A stretch of DNA of 64,000 nt from Albugo candida (taxonomy: Eukaryota). The stretch is from contig JBDOQK010000037.1 of NCBI GenBank assembly GCA_040437565.1, positions 62,001 to 126,000 of the forward strand, written 5' to 3'. The position numbers and the translations under genes were made by a program. The notes below the pieces were generated by a model. The model was not told the DNA's origin. It saw nothing but the letters and a program-made list of their open reading frames with translations, and made no database searches. Below are positions 26,420-37,947 of the stretch, piece after piece (position 1 is the first letter of the stretch; each line of letters opens with the position of its first letter).

Positions 26420-27967
26420 TCAGACGTGCCACAGCGCGATCTGTAGCCGATAACGATCCTGTAGAATGTCAGTGATCACCGAATACGTGCCATCTATCGT
26501 CGCAATTTGACAGTCAATGTTTGGATACAATTGCTTGATCTCTTCCATCAATGCTATCATCTCTGTATGCTCTTTGAGAAAGCAGCTCTCACGCCAAATA
26601 GACGCGAAAATGAGTCGTTGTGGCATTTCACGCGCAATGTGCTCAAACAATAACTCATTTCCCCCCAAAATGTGCGTCCGTATCGATACTGTTGTCGGCA
26701 GTAATTGACGCAATTGCAATAGCAAGCGACCACTTTGATCGAAGGAATGACAACTGTCCACGAGAACAACAGTCTGTGGAGCTTCCGTTGTAAGCAGATC
26801 CAAATTACGAGCCAGATTTACACCAAAACGATCGTCTTCTTCGATCAGTCCATTTGCAATTCTCAATTGTAAAGTATCACCAAACTGCTCACAACACCGC
26901 GAGACATCGCTCTTTACGGCTTGTNNNNNNNNNNNNNNNNNNNNNNNNNNNNNNNNNNNNNNNNNNNNNNNNNNNNNNNNNNNNNNNNNNNNNNNNNNNN
27001 NNNNNNNNNNNNNNNNNNNNNNNNTGGGTCGAGAGCTATCATTTGCTACTCCTTCCTCCTCCAAAAACTGAGCGAGCATTCCTTCCCAAAATGTCGGATG
27101 TTTGAGCACAATTCCAAGTTCCTTGTGAATTTTCAAATTGCTCACAATTTTACTCTCCGAATAAAACGATTTGGCCATCTCACTCATATTCTTCTCAGCT
27201 TGCTCCCACGTCTGACGCTCGGGAATGGGTACTTCCAACAACTCGCAGCCGTACGCAAGAACGAGATCGCCTGGAGCAGGTAGATCATCACACACATTGT
27301 AGATCGAGCCTGGAAGTGGGGTAATTGCAGATGCCAGCAAAACTTGGACAATGTCATCGACGTGGACCCGATTGAACACTTTGTTGGGCATATGGATCAG
27401 CGTGAAGTTTCCAGATCGAACACGCGTCAATGGACCTCGTCCGGGACCATAAATTCCTCCAATACGGAAAATATGCACAGGCAAATTAGTGGCTTGCCAG
27501 ATCATTTCCACGCGAATTCGGGCTTGACATCGTGGAATCGACGAATGCACCGGCGAGCATTCATCGACAGTATCGCCATTCGTCTCTCCATAAACACCGA
27601 TTGTAGAGAGGTATCCGACCCACAGAAGCGTCGATGCCTTTGCCATTATTTCATCTCGAAATGCCGATAGAACTGGATCCTGATCCATCGCTATAGGAAC
27701 AGAATGCAGCAAATGCGTCACACCGTCCAATGCCATCGTCACAGAGATCTGATCATTTCCATTGAGATCCCATTCAAAAGCATCGAATATGTATATATTT
27801 CGAGAAGGGCCTTTTAGTCTGAAAATCTGTGGGTTTAGCGCATGTAAACGGCGCGCAGAAGCAGCATTCCGAACCGTTCCTGCGATTTCAAACCCCTCTT
27901 TCGCGAATTGGACAGCAGTCCGAGTGGCGGTGTACCCTATTCCAAAGATAAAAAGCTTTTGTTGCAT
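26420..27967 (-). CDS. Atypical SDR/NAD-dependent epimerase with an extra C-terminal domain (degenerate CbiX/SirB-like); spans an N gap
   Basis: FIFGIGYTA, YLSTIGVYG, FRIGGIYGPGR, FNRVHVDDI, IYNVCDD and FYSESKIVSNLKI, followed by an extra alpha/beta region ending DILQDRY. Confidence 0.82.
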   Translation of the reverse strand: MQQKLFIFGIGYTATRTAVQFAKEGFEIAGTVRNAASARRLHALNPQIFRLKGPSRNIYIFDAFEWDLNGNDQISVTMALDGVTHLLHSVPIAMDQDPVLSAFRDEIMAKASTLLWVGYLSTIGVYGETNGDTVDECSPVHSSIPRCQARIRVEMIWQATNLPVHIFRIGGIYGPGRGPLTRVRSGNFTLIHMPNKVFNRVHVDDIVQVLLASAITPLPGSIYNVCDDLPAPGDLVLAYGCELLEVPIPERQTWEQAEKNMSEMAKSFYSESKIVSNLKIHKELGIVLKHPTFWEGMLAQFLEEEGVANDSSRPXXXXXXXXXXXXXXXXXXXXXXXXXXXXXXXXXXQAVKSDVSRCCEQFGDTLQLRIANGLIEEDDRFGVNLARNLDLLTTEAPQTVVLVDSCHSFDQSGRLLLQLRQLLPTTVSIRTHILGGNELLFEHIAREMPQRLIFASIWRESCFLKEHTEMIALMEEIKQLYPNIDCQIATIDGTYSVITDILQDRYRLQIALWHV

Positions 27968-28056
27968 GCTGATCTCTCAGCCACACGTTTGAAATGCGAA
28001 AAACTTTACTTAAGATTACTATCGAAATGAAATCTGCTTTGCGCCCAGTGATACGC

Positions 28057-29541
28057 TTACGTTATGCTACTTGGCACAGCTTTCTCGTCGTCTTTTCGAT
28101 CTTCGTGGATCTCGAGATTCGGAGGCTCTGGGTCTTCGATTTGGACGGGAGGCGCCACGAACCAAGGCAATTTTCCGCGTTGGAAATCGTTGATGATGTG
28201 CACTGCCACATTATTGAAATCGGGCTCTCCTTTCTGAAGCAATTTTCCAGATTTTCTTGCTAATTGATCGAGAAAATCCCATTCATCTTTCCACTGCTCG
28301 ATACCGTATACATTGACTACATACTCTTTCTTGACACGATCCAAAATGGCGGCGATAAAGTCGGTCGGCTGAGGCAGACGTTCTGCACGGACGATACCTT
28401 TCAGCACCGTGTCCACTTCATCGACGGCTCCAGTGTCATACACCACGCCGGGGCAATCAATGAGGAAGATACGACGCATCAATGTGATGTACTGCCAGAC
28501 TTTGGTCTCGCCTGGAATTGGAGCTACTTTGCATACTTTCTTCTTCCGTAATGCGTTGATCACAGAGCTTTTACCGACATTCGGAAAGCCGATCACTCCG
28601 ACTGAAATCTGTTTCTTTTCTGGGTGTAATCGGGCGAATTGACGAAGTAAATTGATCAAAGCGCCTTTACCAAATGGATTCGTAATGCTTGCGTGAAACA
28701 CTAACGTTGGTGTTGTCTCGCGTAAGAGTTGCGCCCACTTTTTCGCCACCCAATTTGGCACTAAATCACATTTATTGATAACAAAAATCAGATGCTTGTG
28801 ACTTGCGTCTTTCCGTAAATGAGCTTCTACTTGGCGACAACGCGTGCCTGGAACGTCACGAGCATCCAGCACTTGAATGACAACATCAGAGCAATCCAAC
28901 ACTTTGTAAAGCTCTCCCCAAATACGTTTCGATTGGCCTTTGTTGAAGATATCGTGCGAGACTAGATCTTTGAATTCTGGCTCGATTTTGACGTTTGAAT
29001 CGGATCCTTTGGAATCGTATTTTTCAGTCTCCGTTTGGATTTTTCCAAGCAGTGATTCATAGTCGAGATTCGATTCTTTCATTCGCTTTCGCACACGTTT
29101 TCCATCAAATACATCGCGATACGTTTCGGTCTCTAAAAGCTTCATTCTTGAAACTTTTGATGCATCCTGAAGTAAACCCATGGGAAGCTTCCGATCTCTC
29201 AAGACAATGGAATAAGGATCAGAAGCTTGCAAGGACATCTCCGATCGAAAACGATCCAATTCTTTCTGACTTACGACACGTGTGTTACCAAACCAGCGAC
29301 GGTCAGGTTGCACACGAGCGGAGGACTGTATGTCTTTTCCGCCTTGTTTATTTGCCATCATTAGCGTCCCACCGACAATCTTCCCCTTTGCATTTCGGAT
29401 GGGGCCCCCGCCTCGATACATATTGAGTCGATGAATGGTCGATTTGTCACGCATATTGGCAGCTTTTTGACGTTTCGGAATCTTCCTGTTCGGATTATCC
29501 GCACTTGCTTTTTTCGTGTTGATTCCACTGAGCTTTGTCAT
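28057..29541 (-). CDS. NOG2: Nucleolar GTP-binding protein 2
   Basis: ARVQPDRRWFGNTRV, KGQSKRIWGELYKV, NKCDL, GFPNVGKSS and DCPG: a circularly permuted GTPase. Confidence 0.97.
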   Translation of the reverse strand: MTKLSGINTKKASADNPNRKIPKRQKAANMRDKSTIHRLNMYRGGGPIRNAKGKIVGGTLMMANKQGGKDIQSSARVQPDRRWFGNTRVVSQKELDRFRSEMSLQASDPYSIVLRDRKLPMGLLQDASKVSRMKLLETETYRDVFDGKRVRKRMKESNLDYESLLGKIQTETEKYDSKGSDSNVKIEPEFKDLVSHDIFNKGQSKRIWGELYKVLDCSDVVIQVLDARDVPGTRCRQVEAHLRKDASHKHLIFVINKCDLVPNWVAKKWAQLLRETTPTLVFHASITNPFGKGALINLLRQFARLHPEKKQISVGVIGFPNVGKSSVINALRKKKVCKVAPIPGETKVWQYITLMRRIFLIDCPGVVYDTGAVDEVDTVLKGIVRAERLPQPTDFIAAILDRVKKEYVVNVYGIEQWKDEWDFLDQLARKSGKLLQKGEPDFNNVAVHIINDFQRGKLPWFVAPPVQIEDPEPPNLEIHEDRKDDEKAVPSSIT

Positions 29542-30533
29542 GTTGAGTGGCGATAGATGTGACGCTATTTATCGCTTTGAATGGAGCGCAAATTTTGTGA
29601 GATTGGGAGGTTTGATTGGTTTAAAGGATGTATGGATTTTGGAAGACAAATCTTCTGATTGGTTGAAACTTATTTACCTTTTCAATGTTTCCTATTTTTG
29701 AGATGTCTTCTGATCGTTGATGATTGAAAGCTGTTTTAGTGATGATTACGCGCCACAGGATTCTCTAAATTGCTTATTGAACTGGTCACGAAAGGTCACT
29801 ACGTGATTATCCCTGTAAGACATACAACTTTCAAGCTCACCTACTCATTAAGGCAAACATTACATGTGTAATAAATTCACAAACTGCTGGAATTCTCACA
29901 GCTTTTAGCGTGGGAATTAAACCTTTGCAGTTATTATTTATCTTCAATTTGGTGGTCGCAAATGTAGCGATGCTGGCAATATGATCTTTAGTCGCGTTTT
30001 TCAAAAGTAGTATACACGTATAGAAGTAACAGTGATGTATCCAGCGATAATGCAACACTTGGATACCGATTTGATAGAATCGTATCAAGGATGAAGTAGC
30101 ATGAATCAGTGTATGGCATTAAGCACAATGCGGAGGTATGGATGGCAAACCTATGCGAAAATCGCACATCACACGAGGACGTCGACATCGATGTCGACGG
30201 ATCAGACAATGGGCAATAGGGAACCGACACTTTGCATCAACTTCACCGCTTAGCACGTGCGTAGTGGGAACCGCACTTTAGACTTCTTGACGATGTGCAG
30301 AACACTGCAATCGATGTTTTGAAACTCTGGATCCATCACACTCCAAGTCTCAGGCAAAGTCGAAGAGGACCTAACATACATAGCGAGGGATCTCATTCAG
30401 TAATCCTTCACAACGAACATGCGATTAAAGCTTTCTGGGATTACCGACCTTCACCCCTTCAGATGATACTTTCCATCACATCGAATATACAAAAAATGAC
30501 ATCAAAACAAACGATTATTACGACAACTCATGC

Positions 30534-33500
30534 TTAACGAATTTCAGCCAACTTGCACTGGTGTTCGTAGAATTCTAAATTCGCTTGAAGCTCTTTCAAT
30601 TCATCCACTGAGACGATTCGCGCAGGACGTTCACCATCATTACCACTGTTTTGGATTTGTGATTGCACATGAATTCTCATCTTCCGACTCGACTTGATCA
30701 TCCACTGCTGGAACCACTCGATCATCTCAGGCTTTGTGCAAGACTCGAGTTTTTTCGCAATCTTTGCATTGATATCAAACTGCATGCGTCCCGAGCGTAC
30801 CTCGTACCAAAATCGATCCATCCGCTCCCATAAATTGTGATCAGGAACTACTTTTTTGTTGATCAATGCTAACAGATGCGCATCAAATGTTTCTTCCGAT
30901 AGATTTTGCAAAGCAGTGTCAAATTCGACGATGAATGCGTCGATACAACTTGATATATAAGTGGCAGAATAGTTTGATGACTCGACAAACAGCTCAATAT
31001 AGATCACGTTCTCGAGACTTCGAATCGAACAAGTTACTTCGTATCCCAGTCCTTGCTTTGTTCGCAATGCATCGAATAAAGGCTCCTCCATTAGCTGCTG
31101 CAGGAGCTCCGCATACACTCGATGCTGCAACGTTTCTTCACCAACTTGATACACAACCGTGACAGCCGAATTCGTATCATTCTCGTGCTCGTTCTCCGTC
31201 TGTATCGTGATTCCATGCGTAGAGATTGGAAGTTTCATGACGCGTGCCACTGGGAATTCTGATGCACACACGTTCGATTTGGATAGGATTATTTCATCCA
31301 CAACTTTTATCAAGTCAGAAGCTGCTTGTTCCGACATGTTTCCGTGGATCAACCCAGTACATAATACTCTTTCCGTCCATAAACGCGTGTTTGCAAAAGC
31401 CATCAGATCTTCATGAGTGCAGCGATTGGCCGCACAGATCATATCTTTTGGTGCAAAAGATTGATGATGCAAAGCCAAGGTCTGGATATATCGTGCTTTT
31501 CGTCCAGGTTTCACAATACAATTGCTGTATTCTCGAAGTGTTTCCTCCTTGTTCATTTGGAATCGCGCCAAAGTGATGTCGATGGAAAATATCTCTTCAA
31601 GGATCTTGTTCACAAGAACGTGTTGTTTGTCATTGAAGCCGCCACAAATGAGCTCCAGACCATACACCGTGCGACGGAGAGAATAGGAACAGCCAGCAAC
31701 TGTAGCATAGTATGTGCATTCCGTCAGTGCGTCACGGACGCATCTTACAAAGATGTCTGACTGGATGTAAGCGTCGACGGAGGAATGAATGACGGGAAGT
31801 GTGAAAAAGCAGGCGAAATAAGCTCGTGGAGACTCAAATGTTGTATCGAGACAATGCCAAAAGCGTCCAACGGATGATTGTTTGATGTTGGGCGTGGGCT
31901 CTCGGGTGGAATCTTGTATCAATGAAAAGTTACCGGGTAAGAAGGGATTCGGATCCGGTAAGTGAAGGTCCTGATTGATTGCAACGTGTCGCCATGTTTC
32001 TAGAGTTTCGGCATCGATGGGTGAGATTTTGTACTTTATGGAAAACCAATCCTCCGTCAAGAGCTACAGAAGTAAAAATAAATGGGATTCAAGTCGCTAA
32101 TTCACATACATTCGGGTCGGTCTCATCGATGACTTCTGTGTCTTGCGTGCCGAGATAAAAGCAAGCGCGAGTTGAAGAAAGCTGAGATAGGATTCCCTGA
32201 ACCAAATCGCGGTCGAACGATCCCTGGAGGACGCGATAACGCAGTAAATCTTTGCGGTCGACTTGGAAAAGGCCCTAGTATCGCTTCATAAGAAATCATG
32301 TGATTGAGCTTAGCATATGTACCTGCATCAACAAGCCCAATTCTTCACACACATCGATTTCCTGCAGCTCTTCTTGAAACGAAAAAGCGATTTCTGAGAG
32401 TGTCTGAAGTTCCTGAAAAATCCATTCCGGAAGCCCGCTTCTCTGAATGATATCAAGGTACTCAAAAACAGCCTGAACGAGTGTTTTCCATTGCTTGACG
32501 CCTTCCGTAGTCAGTCGCATGTTGATTCCGAAATGTGTGCCATATGTGCCACACTCATAACCATCATTTTCATCCATTCCGGCATGAAGTGCTGTGATGA
32601 GCCCACGTGCTTTCAGCTAAGACCACAATTAGTACATAAGACCCTTTGTGGAGTGTGTACGTACATACGACAATATCGAGCCTTCTCCTTCATGTCCTAG
32701 CAAATGAGCAATGTACTCTGTGGGTTTCTGGTGGTACAGGCCAAGTGTTGGTGAAATGAACCAAACAATCTGTAGGAAATGGACACTGTGGACAGGTAGC
32801 AAGGTGCAAATCTGCTTGTGATAATCAACCACCCCATCAAAGGGAGAGCCAAGACTCTTGGATGCTGGAGATACGACATTTTTATTGGGAATCGCGCTGA
32901 ACGATTCGGTGACCCACTTTTCTAATTCAGCCAATGAGTCATCGCTGCATACGACCAGCTTCATGATATTGGCTGAATAGTAGCGGTTATACATTTCAAT
33001 AACTTGTTTTCGAACATCAATTTGTTTGACTCGCGGAATATCGCGCAAGCTTTTCTGATTGCCCCATGTGAATTGATGGTACGGATGCTTTGGATTCGAC
33101 GTCGCGCAGATCATTTGCTATAGTCACAAAAGTAAGAGTATTTTACGAAATTGTATCGTGGGACATTGGCACCTGTAAACGGGTTCGATCACTTTGTTTC
33201 GCCTGTGTGAATTCAGAATCTACCGCAGCCAATTCTCGCTCCATTGTATCTTCCTGGAAAAGCGGGGAAATGAAAAAGTTTGCAAACATATCCAATGCTT
33301 CTTTGAAATAACGCGATCCGATTTCGAAAAAGTACGAAGTTACTTCATTGTCAGTGGATCCGTTGCTGTAGCCGCCATGTGAGCTCAAAAATGCTTCAAA
33401 TTCGTTCTCATTTGGATACTTTGTGCTACCTATAGGAATCAGATGTTATGAGACATGTATCAGAATCAGATATACCTGATACCCATGAATAGCATATGTT

Positions 33501-33804
33501 CGAGGTAATGAGCCTGTCCTAAGATCTCAGCAGAGTCAGCAAAGCTACCCACCCCGACAGTGAGACATGCAGCAGCACGATGGGTACGTATGCTTTGTCC
33601 ATCATGAGATAAGCGCATGGACGAATGTGAATGCTCGTCATCGGTATCTGATGAACCGCAATCTGAATCATTTGACTCTGTTTCTGTTTCAACGGAAGTT
33701 GGATTGAGCTTCTCTGTTGATATAAGGAGTACTTCGAGAGAATTACGCAACGTAAGAAGCGAGTATTCTTTTTTATCGAGCGAAGACTTGATCATGTCCG
33801 TCAT
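30534..33804 (-). CDS. M16A insulinase/nardilysin-like metallopeptidase, multi-exon
   Basis: Inverted zincin motif AHYLEHMLFMG, acidic N-terminal insertion (nardilysin-like), HLLGHEGEGS and FDALRTKQGLGY. Confidence 0.92.
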
Positions 33805-33939
33805 CTCCGTATTTTGACCAATTATCAGAACTATTAACTACTTGCTATTTAGTATCAGAACAAAGGGTGTATCATTTACTATAATCCATCATAACTTGCA
33901 ACACTCACTGTAGTCATGACATCAAGCACGCAGAGCGCT

Positions 33940-34895
33940 TCAAATTGCGACGTCAGCCACCTTTATGCTTTCCGCAGAGCACAGCTCATTCGGCATGTTG
34001 GCTAACGGATTACTAGTCGCTTCCTTAGTGTAGTAGCGCGTCCTGTCACTACGAAGTGCAATCTTCTTTTTCGGTTTTCGCTGATTGAATATGGCGGGAT
34101 ATTCATGCGTATTGAGAAACGTGATCGTATTTGGCATACCAATTTGACTGCGATAGCGAATGATTTTTCCTGAAAAAGGAACCTTTGGAACTACGATTTC
34201 CGTTTTCTTCTCTTCCTCTAATCGCTCCAAACGACTCAAAGACTGAGTATTCTCCAGTTCGGTTTGAACTGCTTCATTTAAAAGCTGTGTTTGCGTCAGT
34301 CGAACGACATGTTTTGGCTTTTTAGATCGTGTATCCTGGCTATCGTCGTATTCTTCGTCGTCGAGCATCTTCCTACGAGACTGTATGGATTCATTGATCT
34401 TTCGAGTCGTCGAGCCACGTACTTCGGGCGCCACATAATCTGATAACTTCTGATCTTCCTTCTCATTGTCTTCTGCAGCTGTACTTGCAACTTTCTTCCG
34501 GATCCTCCTCTTTGATTTTGCGGATGTAAACTCGGCTATTTTGTCTTTGAATACGTTTTTCTTCTTGACGTTTTTGCGTGATCGCCGATCTGCATCTTCA
34601 TCGTGAACTTCGTCATCGGGTGCTTCGTCTTCGTCAAAATCAGAATCAATAATATCTTCTTCCTCTGCCATATTATTTAAGTGTAGTTACATGCAGCTTT
34701 TTTATTCCACCAAAACGTACCCGCTTCACTGGCATAATCATCATCTTGTGCATCTTCAAGCCAAGCATCTTGGTCCCAGAACGATACGTCAGCTTCGGCT
34801 TCCTCTCCGATTAGCTTACTAATTCTCAATCCACGTGAATTACGTGAAGGAAGTCTTCGTTTTCGCTCATCAGATTCCACCGATGCCCTTGCCAT
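33940..34895 (-). CDS. Vps72/YL1 (SWR1 complex H2A.Z chaperone), one intron
   Basis: LPSRNSRGLRISKLIGEE, DIIDSDFDEDE and LTQTQLLNEAVQTELENTQSL. Confidence 0.85.
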
Positions 34896-37800
34896 CTTGC
34901 TCGTTATGCATTCCGAAAGGGTTATGATATTGTGAGGGTTCGACAAATCTGATGTGTCTATACACTATTATCAGTCTCATGGTGAAGCGCATTTGTACAA
35001 GCGACACTTTGCTCGCTTTTTTTCTTTGTTTGCCTATGCGGGAGTCTTATGAGCAGACATGCAGTCAACGTCGAATATCTGCACATGACGAATGAATCAA
35101 TTTCTTGCGTGCATGTAGAGTCTATCCCTCTTTTCTCGATAAGTTCTGATTTGTCGAATCAGTCTCCATTGAAGCATTTGTGATCTCGTGTCGCGACAGC
35201 ATCTGTAGTGCATTGGCTAGTGAAGCAATTCAAAAATAGCATTGTACTTGAATCGTTACGCTCGATCAAGCCTTTTTATTCGGTATTGAACGAACCCGTT
35301 GTTGGTGTCAATGTCAATCTAATCTTGGCCTTAATACGTCTGAATCTCTAGACAATATTCGATGACTCAAAGAACGCTACGCACGCTATTGGAGTTGAAC
35401 CTTTCACTGTCACTATATGCATTAACGAAATATCGTACCAATATCCCCTTCGCAGTACCGCTGTTACAATGTAAGACGCCCAGAGCGGTTAGACAGCGCG
35501 TAGGCGCTCGCGTAAGTCGCATACGGCCTTATAATGGCATCATAAAGTACTGAACAGTCTCTTTGTGCATTTGATCGTGGGACGCTTCCCCGGTGGAATC
35601 CTAAGATGTCTTCTCTATCCAGCCTATTAGCGGCTTTCACTGAAGAAACGTATCATGATCTATACAGTACCTTGTTGTCAGGTGACATTGAGCCTTACTA
35701 AGTGATCTTTTTGATTCACAGTGCGTATCACAATGTGGGATCTAACATCAATGGCGGTATCTTAATCATCGGGAAAGAGCAATGCCTTATGCTATGATTT
35801 CAGCCATTTCCCAACTCTTCTCACAGTATCGAAATCAGTCTTACTGCAATGTGTTACCAAATCGATAAAGTTGTCAATACATTTTGTAGCATTTCTCAGT
35901 ATGTGAAACTTTATATAAGTCGTCGAGTCTTTTTTTTTTCGAGCTCCTGCTCAGCAAACGAATCAGGTGGTCAAAGCATTAGATAAGAACATAATATGTC
36001 AACATTATCCCCGCAAGTTACTTTGTCTTTACACTAAAAGCTGCTCTACGTTATCATGCATAGAATCGAGCCGTGTCGATCGTGACTTTGTCCTTATGCG
36101 AAAGATCTGTCATTTCTATAGCAGCTTCGAGATTTTGACCTATCACCACCGCTTGCAGCATCACTGCGCTATATGCAAAGGCGCGTATGCTCACACATGC
36201 TCTCTTGCACACTGTTTGGCAAAACCTTTTCGATAATGTGCATCTAGCAATGCCTGTCACAATGCACGCATCTCTGATTCACCCACTACTACTTGTTCTG
36301 GTTGACTGTGTCTATTATATCTCGAAGTCGATTCGTCTAGTTGATGGAAGTATACGTCTCTGAGTTGGACTAGCTCAATCAACGACGCAAATCATCGCAA
36401 TTGGATCTTGAATCATTCCAATCGTCATATCAGCGAACGAAGGTTGGCTTCGATAAAATTCGCCTTATACGAGCGCTTGTATTTCACTAGAAAGATTTCG
36501 CTTAGACTAAAGCCGGCATGAGTTTGGAACAAAGTTTCTTCTGTTTAGACAAGCTTGCATTCCTGGAGCTTGTCGCTTCTCTACCAGTGACTTTTTGCTT
36601 TGTCATTAGACACTAATTTGTTGGTTTCCATTGATCATATTCTCGTTCTCACCAAGAAGAGCATACGCTTCTGCAAATCAGACTTTCATGTGCAGATTAT
36701 TCACGAGCTGTAGCGGATGCTATATCCGCTTAGTCTGAAGCTTATCAATGTTGGCTAAGTGGTTACGTTCTTTAGTGGTTGGAAATTTCACCAGGAGTTA
36801 ACGCGGACAATGGAGAGACCTCTTCAGGACCGAAATTTTTTCTGTCTCAATTATCTCAACGAATTGATCCGACTAACTGCTTCTGAATTTTACAGCTTCC
36901 ATCGTCTCATTTACAACCGAATTAAACGACGAGTAAGGGGATACATCTCTCGGTTTGGATACATCGGCTCTGGATAGATGATGCTTTCGCTGCATCATCA
37001 CCTGCTAGTTTCTTCATTATTTCCCGCACTGACTTTCACCATCTTATTATGACGCTTTCTTACTCGCTCTCACTATTTGATGTAACTTAATGAGCCTGTG
37101 CTTGATTGAATCAGTCCTTCATTACTTGCTGCCAGAACAAACGCTCGTGTATGATACAGGAATCTTCAAGTATTTATGTAGTGCAGCCTTGATTCCCTCG
37201 TCCTAACAATGTAGCGTGTTAATATCTCTCTGTAAGCGTTTTGATCATCCAAATTCATACATCAAGCTTACATTAACGAAGAGCTTTGACCTTCAAAATG
37301 CTCGTCCCGGTCACTCCGCTGGTGAAGCGTATCATCCATACGATATACGTTTTCCTTGCTTCTTGGAAATCATTCTGATGCAAACAGAAAGTTAATGTCA
37401 ATGCACTTGATGAAAAGATACAAACATCAGATGGGAACATCTGAGATGAAAAACCCCGATCTATAGGCGCTTTGGCCACTTTACCTCATTGCCTACGAGC
37501 GATATCCATTCAAACACGTTGGGTGAACGAGTCAAGTAGCCGATTTCGGTTCCAGCGGTAGATACAAAGTATTATATCTCTGACTGCAATCGGTAATGGA
37601 AGTTCTTTTCTTACAAGTTGTTATCCAACGCAGAGGTAGATAAACGCTTGATTTAACGCAGCAAAAATGCACGTAGACTATTTATCAGGTATTCTATAGA
37701 AATTCCACCGATCAGACATTCATGCGGTACACTTGCACATCATCCAAATAAATCAGAACATCGAAAAGTACAACATCAAATGAGCCTCAACTTTGACGGC

Positions 37801-37947
37801 GATTGGACAAATAGATCTTTCCCATAAGATATCACCAATCGAGCAGCTGGTAATGTGCACACTATTCTAGATATCGTGTGTGATGTGGGCGGTTTCTTTG
37901 TATCTGATTCTAAATCGGTGCAATACAGCTCCAATTGCAAATTCTTC

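Noticed and set aside
29750..30530. Short ORFs between NOG2 and the M16 peptidase
   Set aside because: No recognisable domain or consistent exon structure.
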